Below, one piece after another: positions 1-13,402 of a stretch of DNA of 64,000 bases. Made by a program: the position numbers and the translations under genes. The stretch comes from Lytechinus pictus (lineage: Eukaryota): contig NC_087245.1 in assembly GCF_037042905.1 (NCBI RefSeq), positions 25,112,001-25,176,000 of the forward strand, in the 5' to 3' direction. The notes beneath the pieces are model-generated. The model ran no database searches and was not told the DNA's origin. It saw nothing but the letters and a program-made list of their open reading frames with translations. Position 1 is the first letter of the stretch, and each line of letters starts with the position of its first letter.

Positions 1-2
1 AG

Positions 3-284
3 AGCCCTGGTAGGCAGGGATTTCTATTTTCGGAATCAGATTCTTGTTTGTATTCAACATCACTGCAAAAACGAAGTAAATGTGGAACATTGGAAAGGGT
101 CGCTTCCGCCGATCAACCGCTTGTTTCTCACTCTCACTTCCCTGCTGGGAGTAAAGAGCAACATTATCTTCAAACAAGCTCTGCGATGAGTCCTATGATG
201 TACAACGCTATGAACGCGGTGGATTCCAAGACGTCGCCCATGATGAAATCGAACGTAAAATTGGCCTGGACCTCACCCAATTAG
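3..284 (+). CDS. Possible 3' end (terminal coding exon) of an upstream gene, product unknown
   Basis: Frame 3 is open from the window edge to TAG at 282-284 (SPGRQGFLFSESDSC...KLAWTSPN*) with balanced GC, followed by an AT-rich UTR-like stretch. No recognisable domain. Confidence 0.3.
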   Translation, partial: SPGRQGFLFSESDSCLYSTSLQKRSKCGTLERVASADQPLVSHSHFPAGSKEQHYLQTSSAMSPMMYNAMNAVDSKTSPMMKSNVKLAWTSPN

Positions 285-484
285 AACTTGGATGGACTTC
301 GGAAGATCGGACAGGATTTCGAAATCAGCCAACTAGGACGTTACCAGCGACAACCCAAGACGGTACCAACATGACTAAGCCAGAAGGACTCCGTATCGTG
401 TCCCGCGATTGTCCTCGCTCAATTTGATGAAACCCAGTTCTATAGTCAACAAGGGAATAATATTGATAATAAGGACGTTGAAAA

Positions 485-625
485 TGATAATATTGATGAA
501 TAATGATAATATTAATAATAACAATAAAATTAATAATATTCATCATAATAACATTAATAATAATGATAATGCTAATAATAGGACGAATGATATTCATGGT
601 AATGATAATAATGATACTAATAATA
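485..625. repeat. Degenerate (AAT)n microsatellite
   Basis: aataatgataatattaataataac... tract; it explains the spurious poly-I/poly-N ORFs. Confidence 0.85.
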
Positions 626-1429
626 TGCATTTTACATAGCGCCATTTCTTAGGCGCACTGTTATTATCTCGAGTTGCCGATTCCCGACCAGTGATCAGTA
701 CACCGGGATGTTCACTTTATGGATTAATACGAGTATGCTGTTTCAGAAATGTCATTCCATCCTGAAATTGATTTTGGGGTGGGGTGTGGGGCTGCCTTTC
801 TCATCACCTGGTCTGTCCCATCAAGTTTCGAGAGATTGCTACCATAATTTGATTTGACACCAACAATCATCTCTTGCCAACGGAGGATGGCGTTGGTTGT
901 TTGCAGAACAAGTATATATAGGAAGACCATAAGAAGCGACGATGGTACGAAATACAAAATGGATTGTTTTCCTTCCTTCACTGTATTACTGCCACCCAAT
1001 ACGGTATTAAAGGGGGCATATGTCTGCGCTCCCCAAAAAATGTTACTTACGATAGAACATGAATTTCTTTTAAAATCCACAAAATTTTCATATGATATCG
1101 TTCCTCATATTCTAAAGAGTACGTGTGCCAAACATCTCATGAAAAACGAGGGAAATGGTATGATCTTCTTGAAAAATAAAACCAGCGACCGTATCTATAT
1201 CATGAAATTTGTGAATTACCCATATTGTAATCGAGGTTAATCCCATCTTATAGACCCGTTTGTGAATTTGTCTTTCAGCGCTTTGTTTCACAAAACATTA
1301 ATAACTCTATAACTTAACTCGCTCGCTCTCTCCTTAAAAAGGGGAGTTCACTCTGATTATAAACTACATGTAGTTTAAACAAGAAGGAAAAAATAGAAAA
1401 CAATATAGATAGAATTAGATTTTTGTGAT

Positions 1430-1700
1430 ACTGCTCCATAGGAATTACATGAATCACAAAACCAATTAATACTTGAATAATTGAAAAAAATCAAATAATA
1501 TCTATATTTGCATTGTACTTATTCTAATTAAAAATAACGTATACGGCATTTTGATCTACGATCATTGAAATCTTTATAATACTGCTTCATAAGAATTATA
1601 TAAATCACAAAACCAACAAACCAATTGATACTTGAATAATTGAATAATCAATTAATATCTATATTTGCATTGTACTTAAAAACGTATAAGGCATTTTGTA
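1430..1700. repeat. Imperfect tandem duplication, ~150-bp unit
   Basis: ctgct.catag/agaatta..taaatcacaaaaccaa...tacttgaataattgaa...atatctatatttgcattgtactta...acgtata.ggcattttg occurs at ~1431-1553 and ~1582-1699. Confidence 0.8.
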
Positions 1701-2213
1701 TGTAATCCCAACGGTATTGTAAGCCTATTTCAGTTTGTCTATGTGCATACGTATTTGTAATTTTGTGAACCCGATGTGAAAGGAATTTCCTACAACACTG
1801 TACAAAGGACAATAAATACATTCCATTCACTTCATTTTATTGATTAACAGACGAAATAATGTTGTGCAAGAAGTGACAGCATTGTCTACTCTCTCCGAGT
1901 TAGAGGATGCCCATTTTGACCAAGATGTTGGCCTAGTTCTTCAAACTAACAGTGACAGGTTATACAGGAATAAATCAGAGGCGTTGGGAGGGTAGATGAG
2001 CTACTAATTGTGAATCGTTGTTTTCATGGCGCCCCCAATTTGTTTGTTTGCTTATAAATTGCGTCCAGCTATAGAGGCGAACCAGTCTTTAATTTCAGCC
2101 ATCTTTTTCTAGTTGGGAGGCATGGACTTACATACGGGCTCTCCTTTTTCTCTTTGCTCTGTGCTTACCAACTAATGCCCCGATGTAGGAGCCAGCACAT
2201 GTACGACATTTAA

Positions 2214-2607
2214 AGAGAAATTCCAGTATTTGCAGTAAACACTGATTTCATGAGAAAGTCTGTAAAACAAGGCTTAATTGTCAGTATATCATCGAGGATC
2301 TAGATCTGGTACAGTTACATAAACTGAACTTTGTGAAATCTTGAAATCTACGCTGAAAAATGTTCACACTGAAGATCACCAACACAGATAGGCACACGTG
2401 GGACACTGTATTATTATTGCTAAAATAAAGACCCGACGGAAGTGACCGAATCCGCGCTTATTTTGCTTATTTCTCAGCAATTACACAATTTCTTCCAGAA
2501 TCCTTTGGCACATATTTTTTATTCATACAAACAGACATTTAGGTGGTCATTATATTAGATTCTGTAAAAAGTCATTTTTAGATCGTTACCAAAACTGGAA
2601 TTTATCT
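2214..2607. mobile_element. Kolobok-type (T2-MITE-like) non-autonomous element
   Basis: TTAA at 2210-2213 and 2608-2611; TIR AGAGAAATTCCAGT / ACTGGAATTTATCT. Purine start distinguishes it from piggyBac CC ends. Confidence 0.8.
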
Positions 2608-2809
2608 TTAATTCTAGCAGTGTCGGATACAGGGAGCACATCCGGCCCCCCCCCCCCCCCTTTGAGAGCCATAATTCAGATTTTCAATGTAAATATGCCG
2701 TTCCTACACCAGTGTGCCCCCTTGAAAGTCACAAATATATATTTTTATGGGAATATGTCGCTCATACACAAGTGAAAACCTTTTTATTTTCTTGTCAATG
2801 CTTGTCAAA

Positions 2810-3082
2810 AATAATAATGATATGCAACATTTATAAAGCGCTTAATACAATGTTTCTAAGCGCTGCATACTATTTCACCGGCTTTAGCACGGCTACTATT
2901 ATCGGGAAATAGAACGTTCAAATAATTTGTAACTGCCGGATACTCATTTACTACACCTGGGTGGAGAGTGGCAAGTGTATATCGCCTTGCCAACCGACGG
3001 GAGTCCTGGGGTGGGATTTGAACCCCGTACCTTGTGGTTCAAAGGCCGGAGACTTATCCACTGAGCTACAACACATAGCCTC
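2810..3082 (-). mobile_element. tRNA-derived SINE with Nin/Deu-like core and L2-like tail
   Basis: Minus strand: A box TAGCTCAGTGG, B box GGTTCAAATCC, core CTCTCCACCCAGGTGTAGTAAATGAGTA, tail GCGCTTTATAAATG...ATTATTATT. Confidence 0.85.
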
Positions 3083-4574
3083 ATAATCACACTTGTTGTA
3101 GAGACGTGTGAATAGTGGTTCCCGATGTGATATATAAAGCATGTAATCCCCTCTTGATTTCAGGTGACGAGGCAAGCTGGATGTACTAGCTATCTTTTCT
3201 CAGCTTTGCTTCGGAAAGATAGCTACATCCAGCCCGCATCCAGCTCAAATAGAAAGTGATCGTTTGCGCCCTTCACTATCACCAACGGTGATTATTTGCT
3301 TACCACAAAAGATTTCACAGGTCACTATAAAAAAGCAGTTACCCAAGAAGTGATAATAAATAAATGAATATATATAAATTTTCATATGAAAGCCATTAGG
3401 GTTGAGGTGTAGGCGTAAATATTAACAGCTAATGACAATGGTGCAAAGAACAAAACATATTCACAACTTGAGACAGGATGTTATAAGAGGAGAAGTGAGG
3501 AGTTGGCTGTGAATTGATGTAAAGAAATCTAAGCTTGTGACTTTTGATAGGACAGAGAATAAGCCTAAATTCGTTTAATGCACATGTCATTGAGAGAGTC
3601 AACAATTACAGAAATAAAGCGACATTTGAAAAAAAAGTAACGATTCCGTCAACATTTTGTCAAAAGTCAATGGTCAATAAAAGACTTTCCTAATTTCATC
3701 TCGTACTTTTCTCTGTTTTCTGAACGTGGTGCATACATGTATCAAGAAGGAGTAATGAGTATATTTTGAGGGGGCAGATCATGACGTATGGGTAGAAAGT
3801 TCAAGGAGACCCCCCCCCCCCCTCCCCCGCCATTCCAAACCTTCCCCCAATAATGTAGTTAGATACTGGTATGGTCGTTGAGACTAACTCCATACCACGA
3901 AGTATTTCATCCAACTATACCGCTGTGACAGGGCCGGAGGACAAACTAACCCCGCATCATCTTGCCTCGTTACCAGGGAGAAGACACACTGCTATTCTCC
4001 TGTCTCCATCTGCAAACTAGACAGCAGTGTTTATCTCGACTTTCCAGAAAGTTTCATGCCCTGGGATTGGGGTGTCACCAATGACAAAATGTGATTCAAA
4101 GTTCTTCTGAATGGTGGTAATAAAGGCACCACAAACAAGGTTGTCATGTGACAACCGCAATGGATTATTACTTTTTTATTACATAGGTAATATTGTGCTC
4201 TAAGTTGTGTTTGATGATCGCTCCCGGTCAACTGCCCTACAATGGAGTGACATGGCATGAAGGAGCATGTCAAAGCCATTTCCCAGAGACTTCTTTCGCA
4301 TTGATCAGGACCGATCTTATTGTTATTGTAGCAATATTGCTCAAGTTTGCCGTGCGTTGCAGTGATGTCATTTTGCAGTTTCTCCTTGTTAATCAGTTAC
4401 TCCTTACTATGAAACATGTCGTCTGTTTCTTCTGTACACCTTCAGCATCTCGTCACTATGGAAACCAACAAAGAGTAAGTCACATCACTGTAAACTGTAG
4501 TCTTTGCTTTGCACTCGTTGCGGTTTATACACTGCCGCTATTACAACCACACTACCACAACTATGCCTACTTTT

Positions 4575-4690
4575 GATGATAATAATCATGATGATGATGA
4601 TGACGATGATGATGATGATGATGATGATAACGATGATGACGATGAGGATGGTGATGATGATGATGATGATGATGATGAAAGTGATAATTA
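4575..4690. repeat. (GAT)n microsatellite
   Basis: gatgatgatgatgacgatgat... tract; source of the poly-D, poly-M and poly-H ORFs. Confidence 0.9.
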
Positions 4691-5104
4691 ATGTTGATAA
4701 TTATAATGCTGACAATAATACTGATAAAAGCGAAAAATAAGAATAGCAAGAGTTGGAAGGTGCATGATTCATGGTTACCGAACTAAAACATTTTCTTTCA
4801 CTATCAATTCATATAACGATTTTCATTTGAAAACACAATTAAAACCACTCCCTGACCTCCTTTACCATTTTACCCCCCCCCCCATAAGAAAAATCTACGT
4901 AATTTCCATGGCAGTACTGTTAATCAGAATCTCCTTGAGAGGTCCTCCAATTTCGCTATTGAAAGATATTGATAACACGTTTCCATTGTATTGTTCCGTT
5001 GACGCAACCATATGACTTACATTTCTACAATCTTCGGCCAATTTGTTTTTATTATAAAATAATTATTGGAATAGTTTTTACTTTGTTTTGTTTTGTTTTT
5101 TTAG

Positions 5105-5250
5105 TTTTGATGATGATTTTTATCATAAAAATAATAACAATAATAATAGTGATGATAATGATGATGATGATGATAATGATAGTAATGATAATCATAACAA
5201 TAATGATAATTATAATAACAAAATAGATAAATAGATAAATAAATAACTAA
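5105..5250. repeat. (ATA/GAT)n degenerate microsatellite
   Basis: ataataacaataataatagtgatgataatg... tract. Confidence 0.8.
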
Positions 5251-6201
5251 ATGAAATAGTTAATTCGAGATCATCTCTATGTACTAGCGTCAGTTAAGGC
5301 CTCAACATTTACCTGAAAGGAATATATATCAAATAGCTACATAATGTTTTCGTGGGCAGGTCATAAACGTCCTACGTTGAAATGACTGGCATATCTCACT
5401 AAGATGGGAGCCTCGCCCCCCCCCCCCCCCGAGCCCCCGCTTCAAAAGAAACACTTCAATAGGTCCTTACTATACTTTATAGGAAAATGAGGAAGAGGTA
5501 ACATTACATCCTGGAACGTTAAAATGGGGTCTATATTATGTTAAATATTACTTGTGAAATCAATTTTTGATGAACCGCCAGATGTTTTCAGTTGCGTAAT
5601 TTGGATTATTTAATTATTTTACACGAGTATACTTGCTGCCACGGGTGACAAATCAGACACAGATTGCAGATTTGACGATTAAAAAACCTCTTCATTGCAT
5701 CGGAATAGGTTGCACATGCAATTTCTTATGACCAAGGAGGAATCACATTTTTTTTACATTGTAATGAAGATAAATTTAAAATATTTATATTTCAAGATTT
5801 AAAAGTTTTAGTGAATTGGTCAGGCCACCCATTCATTCGCATCCTTAATAGGATAACTGTTTCATGGACAAAAGCTAAACTTCAAAAGGCGTCATTTCAT
5901 ATTTTACATCCGATTTTGTTGAAATTTTCGGCAATTTCGAAACTTATGATTGATTTAGGGACGAAAATAGACTTGCTAAGCTTGATTTAAAGTTTCTTGC
6001 AACGCTACATAATGCTACAGTCACACGGCCACCTATATAAGGTAGCTGCGGATGCTTACGGATAAATCCGGAAGCATCCGCCAGGATCCGTATCCATGCG
6101 TACTTCAATCCGCAGAATCCACAGACAGACAGATATACGCAGATCTGCAGCGGGAATTTTGAAAATCTAAAAAAAATCTTTCTGCGGATAACAATAGTAA
6201 G

Positions 6202-8331
6202 AAAATGTGGAGATGTTTGAGAGAACTTGTGCCCAAGTCAGTATACCTATTTCTCCCAACACCATAAACGTAGATGGAACAGATGTATCGGGCAATGCAA
6301 ATATTGCTGAAACATTTAATGAATTTTTCATTTCAAATGCTACTAATATTACTAAGGACCTACAAAGGGATACGTCTCAACAGAGAGTTCAAGTAGAAGA
6401 TGATACAAATGTTGGTTCAATTCACTCTCAATTTGAGCTAAAGTTGATTACTAGAGATTTTGTTTTGAAACAGATTGATAATCTGAGTATAGATAAATCA
6501 ACTGGGGAAGATCATGTCAACTGCAAACTTTTAAAGATGACAAAAAATGTTATCGCAGAGTCCCTTTGTGATATTATTAACAAATCCCTTTCTACTGGAG
6601 TTGTTCCTCGTGAATGGAAAAAGGCTCGGGTAGTACCAATATTTAAATCTGGTGATATGTCTTCGTTGAATAATTACCGCCCCATTTCTATATTACCAAT
6701 CGTGAGTAAAATTTTAGAAAGGGCTGTTCACCAACAGTTAAGTGAATTCTTGGACGTGAATGATTTATTACACCCAAATCAATCTGGTTTTCGGCCTATG
6801 CATTCAACAACTACTGCCCTTGCAAAACTTGTAAATCAGTGGTCGTTAAACATTGATAACAATTTAATTTCTGGAGTTGCGTTCATAGATCTTCGGAAGG
6901 CCTTTGATACCGTGGACCATGAGCTGCTTTTGAAGAAATTAGCTTGCATTGGTTGTAGAAATAGGACTATCACTTGGTTTAAATCATATTTATTTGATCG
7001 ACAACAAGTGACACAATTCAAAGGAGCCAAATCGCACCCTTCAATCGTCAAATTAGGCGTGCCACAAGGGTCTATTCTAGGTCCCCTTTTATTTTCAATA
7101 TATGTTAATAGTTTACCTGAATGTATTCATGAAGGTATCATAGATATGTACGCTGACGACACGACACTTACCGTCAGTGCAAATGATGCGACAGTTTTGG
7201 AAGAAAAATTAACTGTTGCATTAAACAAGGTCATGGCATGGATTAAAGATAATCAGCTCGTCCTCAACACTGAAAAAACTTGTGTCATGATAATAGGTTC
7301 TCGTGCTAATCTCAGGAAAATAGATTCTTTCACGATTTCGTTAAACGTTGATTTGATAAATAGAGTTCAATTCACCAAATGCTTAGGAGTTTTGATAGAT
7401 GAAGAACTGAAATGGTCAAAACAAATTGAAAATGTATGTAAACTTACTCAGAAAAGTATTGGCATAATAAAGAGAGCGAAAAGTTCTTTGCCTGTGCAGT
7501 CCTTAAAGTTGCTTTATAACAGTTTAGTGTTGCCAAGATTTGATTACTGTTCTGCTGTATGGTCGAATAGATTTCAATCCCATACAATTAAGCTGCAAAA
7601 AATTGAGAAGAGGGCTGCAAGAATAATATTGAACAAGACATACGACACACCGTCGGCTGATTTGTTCGCAAGTCTTAAATGGATGACACTATAGACAAAC
7701 GATTTGAGCTCAGTCGCGTTTTGATGATATATAAATGTGTTCATAATTTAGCACCTTCTTACCGTCAGGTAAACTTAACCAATCCAAATGATGTACATGA
7801 ACATCATACCAGACAGAGAGACAGTGGATATTTACGCGTGCCCAAGTTTCGCACTGATTGTTATAAGTGTAGTCCAATTGTTTCTTCAATATTTGAATGG
7901 AATAAGCTTGATAATTCAAAGAACAGCTCCTTCTGTCATTTCATTTAAGAGAATGTTTAAAAGAACTTGTAATTTATAAATAACTTGCGGAACATCCACT
8001 GTTGTGCGTATTTTGTGTTAGCATGACCTTGATGATTTGGTGTATATTATCAGTATTTTCAAGATGTCGTTCTTAGTTAATTTGATTTATTGATATTTGA
8101 TTATACGTCAAACGAGTGCCCGTCTGCGTTTTGTTTGCTGCTAAGTTTGTTAATGTCTCGTTTTACATTCAATTCCTCATGTGAATCTTAATGCCGTAAC
8201 ATTCTGTACATACGTTATGCATTTTGTAAATATGTTTATTGTTATTCAGTGCCCCATGGAAGACCACTACTTATTGGTGAATGGGCTACCCTGTCAAAAT
8301 ATCAGAAATAAAAAAATAAAAATGAAATATA
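6202..8331 (+). mobile_element. 5'-truncated non-LTR retrotransposon, CR1/L2 (Crack-like) group
   Basis: RT ORF, ~350-nt 3' UTR ending in an A-rich (AAATA-like) tail, candidate 6-bp TSD AGTAAG at 6196-6201 and 8332-8337. Confidence 0.9.
6207..7979 (+). pseudogene. LINE ORF2 reverse transcriptase, lacking the endonuclease, with two C-terminal frameshifts
   Basis: Motifs NYRPISILP, FIDLRKAFDTVDH, GVPQGSILGPLLF, YADDTT, YNSLVLPRFDYCSAVW. ORF stops at 7694, continues in another frame (KRFELSRVLMIYKCVHNLAPSY...EWNKL) and in a third (RTAPSVISFKRMFK...* at 7979). Confidence 0.9.
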
Positions 8332-8899
8332 AGTAAGCATCTGGTGGAGGAAAAACTGCAACTAGCTCTCAGACTTGATGAAATGCGACTGCATGGAGCA
8401 AGGTTGTTGTTATTGTTGATTGGTTTTTAATGGCGCTCTCATTCAAAACAGAATATATGCGCCAATCAAAATTATTTAGATCCACGTGGGATGCGAACGG
8501 TGCGGACGCCAGTAGAAGCCGACATGCGTAGACTTAAGCGTTAACCGTAATTATCGTCCGTAAGTCATCCGTAAGCCGCCCGTTACATGTGTCAACGGGT
8601 TGGCAGCGGATGGGCTCATCCGCAGGTTTTACTCGTAAAATCCGTAATTCATGTACGTAACATCCGTAACCAATCCATATCGTCGGCAGAATTTAGGTAA
8701 ATTTTTGCTGAGTTTTGCTCAAATTTTCGTTATTGGGGGCAGACATTATGCATTATCATTATCCAAAATGTACGCAGGCATCCGCAGGTCCGTAACATGG
8801 CCGTGTGATCGTGACATTAATCTCAATTATTTGCACCACACATTACGCATATCGTGTCGCGAGAAGGGAGAGGCAAATAATCAAAATTCACATCCTTCG

Positions 8900-10363
8900 C
8901 AGGCGCGGATCCAAGGGGGGGGGGGCGAGCCGGCCCCGCCCCGCCCCCCCCCCTATTTTTTGGCAACCAAAAAAAATGTCCTTTTCACTTCAGAGAGAAA
9001 CGCTGAAAAACAGAAAGAAAAGTACGAAGGAGGTATCATACCCATGTTTAATTTACAGCCTCGTAACGGCCGGCCCGATTCCAGGCCTACTTGCATTGGC
9101 AACGTATTCTCTTAATTAGTTCACATATAGGTAAACCACGTACGCTACTGCAACTGCGCGCGCATCCAGACAATCTCCTGCATATGGGTCACCTGCACTC
9201 CATCAACGGCCAATTAGCTCTGCATAGGAAGATTACCATAATTATGTGCACAAGTTGGCCGTAAAACAATATTTAAAAAATGCTTCAAATGTCCGGTTTT
9301 TAGGCCTTAATATCAACAGATTTCGAGCTCTCATTAATATTAGATTGATAAATAAGTTAACAGTTTCATGAATTCCTAATAATGAAATTGTCCCTTTTTT
9401 CAGAATGGAATATCGATGTCGACAAGTTTCATCTCGCGCTTAGGAAGAGGAATAGCAAAAAATGTCATTTTCATATGATGACGAAATGTCCTTGCAATTT
9501 CCCTGGGTGCTTGGTCTAAATAATATTTTTTTAATCGGATCGCGCTTCGCGCTCCACTTTAAAATTTTTCTACGATGCTTCAAATAGTGCTTAAATTGAC
9601 CCTCTTCAGATCGCCATTGATTTTTTTCAGCTCGCGCTTTTTTGATTTTCATAATAAAAGAAATGTATTTAGAATGCCCAGATTCTAGGTCTAAATCTCA
9701 AAAACACGCAGTTTGTTCTTTATTCAAAACGTGCTTGAATTATCCAGTTTCATATCGGAATATCAAAAATTTTCTTCTCGCGCTTCGCGCTCGCATTATT
9801 TATGTAATAGTCTTCCTTCTGTGATTTACGAAACATGAATAGTGTGTCCCGTTTTAGGTCTAAATCTCATTTTTTTCGCTAGCGCTTCGCGCTCGCATGA
9901 AATGTTTAGTTATATACCAATTCTGTAGATGATTACAAAAAGTGCTTAGAATGTCTAATTTTTAGGTCAAAATGTCACAATGTCATAGTCCTTACGGTCT
10001 GTTTTCCATCAGGCCAGAACGTATATTAAAAAATTTCTGCTCGCGATTCGCGCTTGCAGCAATGATTTAGTTACATATACATCTTGATCACGATCACATT
10101 CATTGCTCAGAATGTTCAATTTTCAGGACAAAATACATGAAATTTTCTATAAAAAAATAGTTCGCGCTCGTGCTATTCAATTAGGGCTTATATGACATTA
10201 TTTATGTTTTTTTTTAAAATAAAGCTAAGATGACTGTTAGGACTACCCCTTCAAAGAAACAAATGAAAATCAACTTTGAGCGGCCGATCGGGGAAAATAT
10301 AGGTTAAAAAAAATTTTCGCCCCCCCCCCCCCGCCCTATTGGCGAAAGCTGGATCCGCCCCTG
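8900..10363. mobile_element. hAT-like non-autonomous element with 5-bp TSD
   Basis: TIR CAGGCGCGGATCCA / TGGATCCGCCCCTG; direct repeat CTTCG at 8895-8899 and 10364-10368; poly-G/C subterminal runs; internal CGCGCTTCGCGCTCGC motifs. Confidence 0.75.
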
Positions 10364-11176
10364 CTTCGTTCCTCATTATATCCGCATTTTGTAATAGCGT
10401 TTTCAATCATGATTCAAGTTGCTATTTAAATTCAGAAACCGACATTGAATGACTTCGGGAACGCAGCCCGGTGATTATGCAACGTGACGCACATTGCTCA
10501 TATATGATTTCCTTTTTTACTGAATTCTCAATGTTCTAACGAAATACAACGTAGAAAATCGAAGACGAGACTGAGACAAAGCTGATATTTAAGTGAAGTG
10601 GGACCCGTGGCAGAAAGAGTTGCGATCTAACGATACTCTAAAAATCACACGAAACCCGATTTTCAACCAGTCAAACTTGGGACGAGCTCTTGCATTTTCG
10701 TGGCGCAAAATTGAGTTGCCTAAAATTGAGTTGTAACTGTTTAAGGGCTCCACATAAGCCTATAGTCATGATAGTAATACATCGATACAGGGTGAAATAT
10801 GTAGTCTAATGTAAAATAGTGCAAGGGCCCCGTCATCAATGTGTAAGGGTGCTGGCCGGGTCACTTACGGTAAGCTTCCGGGCTTCTTGCGATTATCAGT
10901 TCATCGCAGGCGCCTCTGTCAGAACAGAATTACATTCCAGGGCACTTACGGCTAGTAAAACCTGACAATTTGGTCATTTTCTGCAGGAATCTTAGGTGCG
11001 CCAGGATTTTTATTTTATTATCAGTATTTTACCAATTGTACGGATATCGGGTAGGTGAATCTTCTCACGGCGTTTTTAAAAGTAGAAGCGATACTTGTGT
11101 CCACAGGATTAAAGATCGTTCACAATACGGGCTCAGGACGGTGGCCGGGTGGACCATTTAGGAAATTTCTTCTTAT

Positions 11177-11315
11177 ACCGGGTACTCATTAACTACGCAT
11201 GCATGGGTGGAGATTGGCAAATGACGCGAGTGCTGCGATGGGATTCGAACCCTCAGTCCCTGTGGTTCAAAGTCAGGAAATCTCAGGAAACTTATCCACT
11301 AAGCCACAAAACCTC
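11177..11315 (-). mobile_element. tRNA-derived SINE 5' fragment, same family as 2810-3082
   Basis: Minus strand GTGGCTTAGTGGATAAG...GGTTCGAATCCC...CTCCACCCATGC...AATGAGTACCCGG. Confidence 0.7.
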
Positions 11316-11342
11316 ATACTGATGTTTCCATTCCGGTTCCCT

Positions 11343-12831
11343 CAGCGGCGTAACAGGGGTCGGTGGCCAGGGGGGGCGAGAGCCAAAAATTTCCCGGTCA
11401 TATCATGGTATGAACAGGTGTAATGGTGTAATGAGGCGACTATTTTGAGAAGGCCAGATATTGCGTATCAGGCAGAATTTATCTTTAAAAAAAAGTTGCG
11501 AGCGAGCGAAGCGAGCGAGCAAAAATTTTGACCTTTTTAATACAAAAATCCAATTTTGTGATAGATTTTGATATGATATCCAAAGAATAATATATTTCAC
11601 TCTTCTCTCTTTAGATTCCTTTTTTTGTGGTCTGTACGCCACTGTGAACAGGATTCTGTGCGGCAGTAGCGTGAAGAGCAAAAAAAAAAAACCGAAGGGC
11701 GCATTATAGCACATGTGCTAAAAAGCTGCTTTATATAAGTCCCGAGCGAGCGAAGCGAGCGATAAAAATCACCTTTTCCTGAGAATCTAACTTTGAGCGA
11801 TTTTTTTTCAGTAAATAAAATCATATCCTACACTTTTCCTTTGCTTTTCTTTCCTCCTTTTTTTTGTTGTTCTTGTTTGTAGAACTTTTTGAAGCCATGG
11901 CCCAACCCTTCCATACGCTGTGCTGTGCGGTTGGGGTCCGGGGCGGAGCCCCCGGAACTTCTTGATATCAAAGCCATTTAAACCTCGCAGATTGCCGCTA
12001 TTTTAATCAAATCGCGGGCATATACAGAATATAGCTTAATTTTACACAACACATTTATTCAACCCAGTTGCGTAATGAACCAAATATTTTGCGGGAGCAA
12101 AACATTGCAATGTGGGAAAAATTTGTAAAAAGTCGCCAGCGTGCAAAGCGAGCTGGAAAAAAAAGCCTATTGAAATTAAATTCTAATTATGTGACATATT
12201 TTTCACTTATATTCAGCAAATAACACCTTTTATTGTTTCCATTCATTTCATTATACGTTGTCTCCTATAATTTATTTTATTTCCTCTTGGGTGTGGAACC
12301 AAGACCCCCCCCCCCCGCCTGTCTGCCAGTGATTGAAGCCATTTGGAGGTTATAAATGAAGAGCCCCTACTGCGTACATGGGGTCTGGGGCAAAGCCCCG
12401 GTAGCTTATTTGCATACAATTTAGCCCCGCATTTAGCAAGCTTAAAGCACAATGTTGTATGCAGTCCATTAGCTTTTGACTAATTACATTCTACCTTCGT
12501 TTCCCGCAATTTGCCATTTTGTCATCTTTTGATTTATTTCCCACTGTGCTATATTGCATTACATAGGCCTATTTCGGAATGATTTGCTCTTTCTCAGATG
12601 TTCTTCTTTCGTACATTTTCCCGCTTTCCTTCCTTTTCCATTAAAAAAAAGTTTTTTCTTCGTTTTCTTTTCACTTTTCCCTTTCCTTTTCCTCCTTTCC
12701 TTTTCCCCTTTCCTTCCCCTTTCCCTTTCTTTCTCCCTCTTTTTTTCCCCCGTTTTTCTTTTATTTTCCCGGTGAAATCCGCCAGGGGGGGCAACTTGCC
12801 CCCCCCTGCCCCCCCGCCTGTTACGCCACTG
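11343..12831. mobile_element. hAT non-autonomous element with 8-bp TSD
   Basis: TIR CAGCGGCGTAACAGG / CCTGTTACGCCACTG; perfect TSD GGTTCCCT at 11335-11342 and 12832-12839; internal polypyrimidine tract at 12600-12770. Confidence 0.85.
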
Positions 12832-13402
12832 GGTTCCCTCGCTACTGCACACATGCAATCTTATGAAATCATGTCAAAACTATAAAGGTGTCTTGAATGA
12901 TTTATTTTTGAAAATCATAATTAGAATGAAGTTCCCCCATCCCCGGTTCCACGACCCCTGCCATGCATACGGCACCCTTAATAACTGCAAGAAGCTGTTA
13001 AAAAATGAAAAATGACTGCCTTATGGCCTAATGGTGAATTGGAATCGCCCGGAAAATTGGGAGTAGACAAGCATGGGAGTAGACAAGCGTTTTGGTCTAT
13101 TTCTCATAAACGTTGGATTATACTTAGCGCCCTCTCAAGGATTTTTTTTTTGTCTCGCCTGCATAGTAGAGCGAGCCAATATAGGCGGCGTCGTCAACAT
13201 CAAATCTTAACCTAAGGTTACGTTTTTGACATCATAACTTAGTATTACTAAATATCCTGCCCGAGTTTCAGGTCACATGACCAAGGTCAAAGGTCATTTA
13301 GGATCAATGAACTTTAGCCATGTTGGGTTTTTTGTTAAATTACATCGTAACTTTGAAAGTTTGTGGATTTAGTTCATAAAACTTGGACATAAGAGTAATT
13401 AA

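Larger units (their letters stand above)
6013..8816. mobile_element. PIF/Harbinger-like MITE (~670 bp) interrupted by a LINE
   Basis: TIR TGCTACAGTCACACGGCCA (6013) vs TGGCCGTGTGATCGTGACA (ends 8816); TWA-type flanks TAA/TTA; both halves rich in ATCCGC/ATCCGT/GCGGAT subrepeats. Confidence 0.65.

Noticed and set aside
724..1240. ORFs 724-1080 (-) and 854-1240 (+)
   Set aside because: No recognisable domain or splice structure; length compatible with chance.
2210..2611. piggyBac assignment for the TTAA-flanked MITEs
   Set aside because: Termini start AG/AGG rather than CC, which fits Kolobok/T2-type elements better.
3005..3082. tRNA gene on the minus strand (also near 11240 and 22120)
   Set aside because: A and B boxes run straight into SINE core and tail sequence; these are SINE heads.
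4504..5226. Poly-D, poly-M, poly-H and poly-I ORFs
   Set aside because: Translations of GAT/AAT microsatellites.
12554..12885. Lys/Arg-rich and Phe-rich overlapping ORFs
   Set aside because: They come from the polypyrimidine/purine tract inside the hAT element.
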